DNA of 64,000 bases, the filler included, from Basidiobolus ranarum (Eukaryota), in NCBI GenBank assembly GCA_040143965.1. It is 33 parts of 33 records of this genome, joined end to end, with 100 filler letters (N's around TTAATTAATTAA, not from the genome) between each part and the next. Parts side by side here need not be neighbours in the genome. Positions count along the whole stretch, not along the records: positions 62,205 to 64,000 come from JASJQH010004311.1; 32 more parts are not named here. The stretch is one strand, 5' to 3'. The position numbers were made by a program, and so were the translations under genes. The notes under the pieces were generated by a model. The model ran no database searches. It saw only the letters and a program-made list of their open reading frames with translations, and was not told where the DNA came from. Below, piece after piece: positions 62,580 through 64,000 of the stretch (its first letter is position 1; every line of letters begins with the position of its first letter).

Positions 62580-63490
62580 TATACATTCTTGGTGTTATGA
62601 CTAGCTTTTGTCAAGAACAGGGAATTCAGCAGCACTTTATTATTCCATATAAAGCAGAAAAAAATGAAGTTGCAGAAAGGATGAATAGGACTTTAGTAGA
62701 GAAAGCACATACAATGATGATTGATTCAGATCTGACTAAGACCTATTGGGCTGAAGCTATTTCAACAGTTACATATCTCCAAAATAGAAGTCCAACATGT
62801 GGCAACCATGACTCTAAAACTCCTATTGAAATCTGGACTGAAAGCAAGCCTAATCTTAATAACCTCAGAGCATTTGGATTAATAGTATATGCTTATATTC
62901 CTAAGCCTCCGCATGGGAAATTGAACAAAAAGGCAATTAAATGTATTGTATTAGGATATCAGAATAAAGGATATCAGAACAAATGCTATCATCTCCTAAT
63001 TCCTGGCACAAATCAAGTCATCAACTTCAGATATAGTATTTTCATTTAAGAAAATCTGATATCTTCTAATCAAGGGAATTTGATTTTGGCAGAAAATCAA
63101 TTTTGGATTAACTCAAATTCTGAGTTAACAAGTTTTGAAACCAACCTTGAGCTAACAAGTACTGAAACCAACTTTGAAAATGATACATTGGAAATAGATA
63201 CTGGAATCAGGCCAAATTTGAAATCTGAAACTGTCTATCAACATTATCCAAATCTAGAATATATCACATCTGGGACAAGATCTACAACATCAGCCACTGA
63301 TTAATATCTGACAAAGCTCAAATCATTACCATTCCATGTAGTAAATATTCTTAGCAGAAAGCCAAAAAGCAATAATCCTGTATCAAACTTCACTACAAGT
63401 ATTGAAACCAAGGAGCACAAACTATTATATGATATTCCAGAATCAAGCAGCTGTAGAAGTAGTGAAACATTAGGTAACACTGCAAATACA
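62580..63490 (+). pseudogene. Copia integrase C-terminal relic (another family)
   Basis: VAERMNRTLVEKA, YWAEAISTVTYLQNRSP and KCIVLGY. Confidence 0.88.
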
Positions 63491-63499
63491 CCAATTTAT

Positions 63500-64000
63500 T
63501 GTTGAAGTTAGTGTTGCCTAAACACCAATATACTCATATATAATTTAGTACTTAGCTATCTTATAATTCACTAAGATAATATCAATTATTCTTCATTGGA
63601 ACTTACTTAGAATATTTTTACCAACTTAGAAGTTCTCAGATATATAGATTTTTCTGACTTGTGCTAGAAGCTCCAAACTTTGCACACATGTTCCTGGGAC
63701 CTCCCTTAACACATTTTACACATTAGTTTGCTTACATCTTGACCAAACTATATATGTCAGCTTTCAACTCAATAAATCAATAAGTGAAAACCACCAATTC
63801 CTCTAATTCTCCAAACCACCTTCAACAGGCTCCCAAATACTTTAACAACTGGTGAGCCCCAAGCTTGCACTCTCTGTAATGTCTACTTCTCAAATCTATG
63901 GAACTTTTCCCTCTTCTGAAAAATTGGATGGAACCAATTATCAAATTTGGAAAATTAAAATGAAAATGCTGCTGCAAGAAAAGGACTTTGGGACACTGTT
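63500..64000 (+). mobile_element. Copia family-A 5' LTR (63500-63847), PBS and start of gag (ATG 63879)
   Basis: TGTTG...TAACA; MSTSQIYGTFPSSEKLDGTNYQIWKIKMKMLL. Confidence 0.93.

Overview
This window is not one locus. It is 33 short contigs (about 1.83-1.85 kb, sorted by decreasing length) joined by 32 artificial N44-TTAATTAATTAA-N44 linkers. The source is an AT-rich, transposon-inflated eukaryotic genome. Short GT-AG introns, fungal-type genes and a TTAGGG motif suggest a fungus, possibly an early-diverging one (inference). Most of the sequence is decayed mobile DNA: at least three Ty1/Copia LTR families with gag/pol relics, Ty3/Gypsy integrase plus two further LTR families, a high-copy CACTA/EnSpm DNA transposon with CCCTAACA termini, a TIR/MITE family with A(A/T)T target duplications, a possible LINE endonuclease relic, and a ~190-bp repeat carrying a tRNA-like cloverleaf. 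Repeats are almost free of CpG and rich in C-to-T-type nonsense codons, while gene contigs keep CpG. Host genes or fragments: TCP1/CCT-alpha, U2A', carnitine carrier, an LTR-disrupted Ca-dependent mitochondrial carrier pseudogene, INSIG, D-amino-acid oxidase, TauD-family dioxygenase, a DIL-domain protein, an IQM-like protein and a small secreted Cys-rich protein. The most unusual item is the tRNA-bearing small mobile element with a structured 5' leader. All calls come from reading the sequence; no searches were run.
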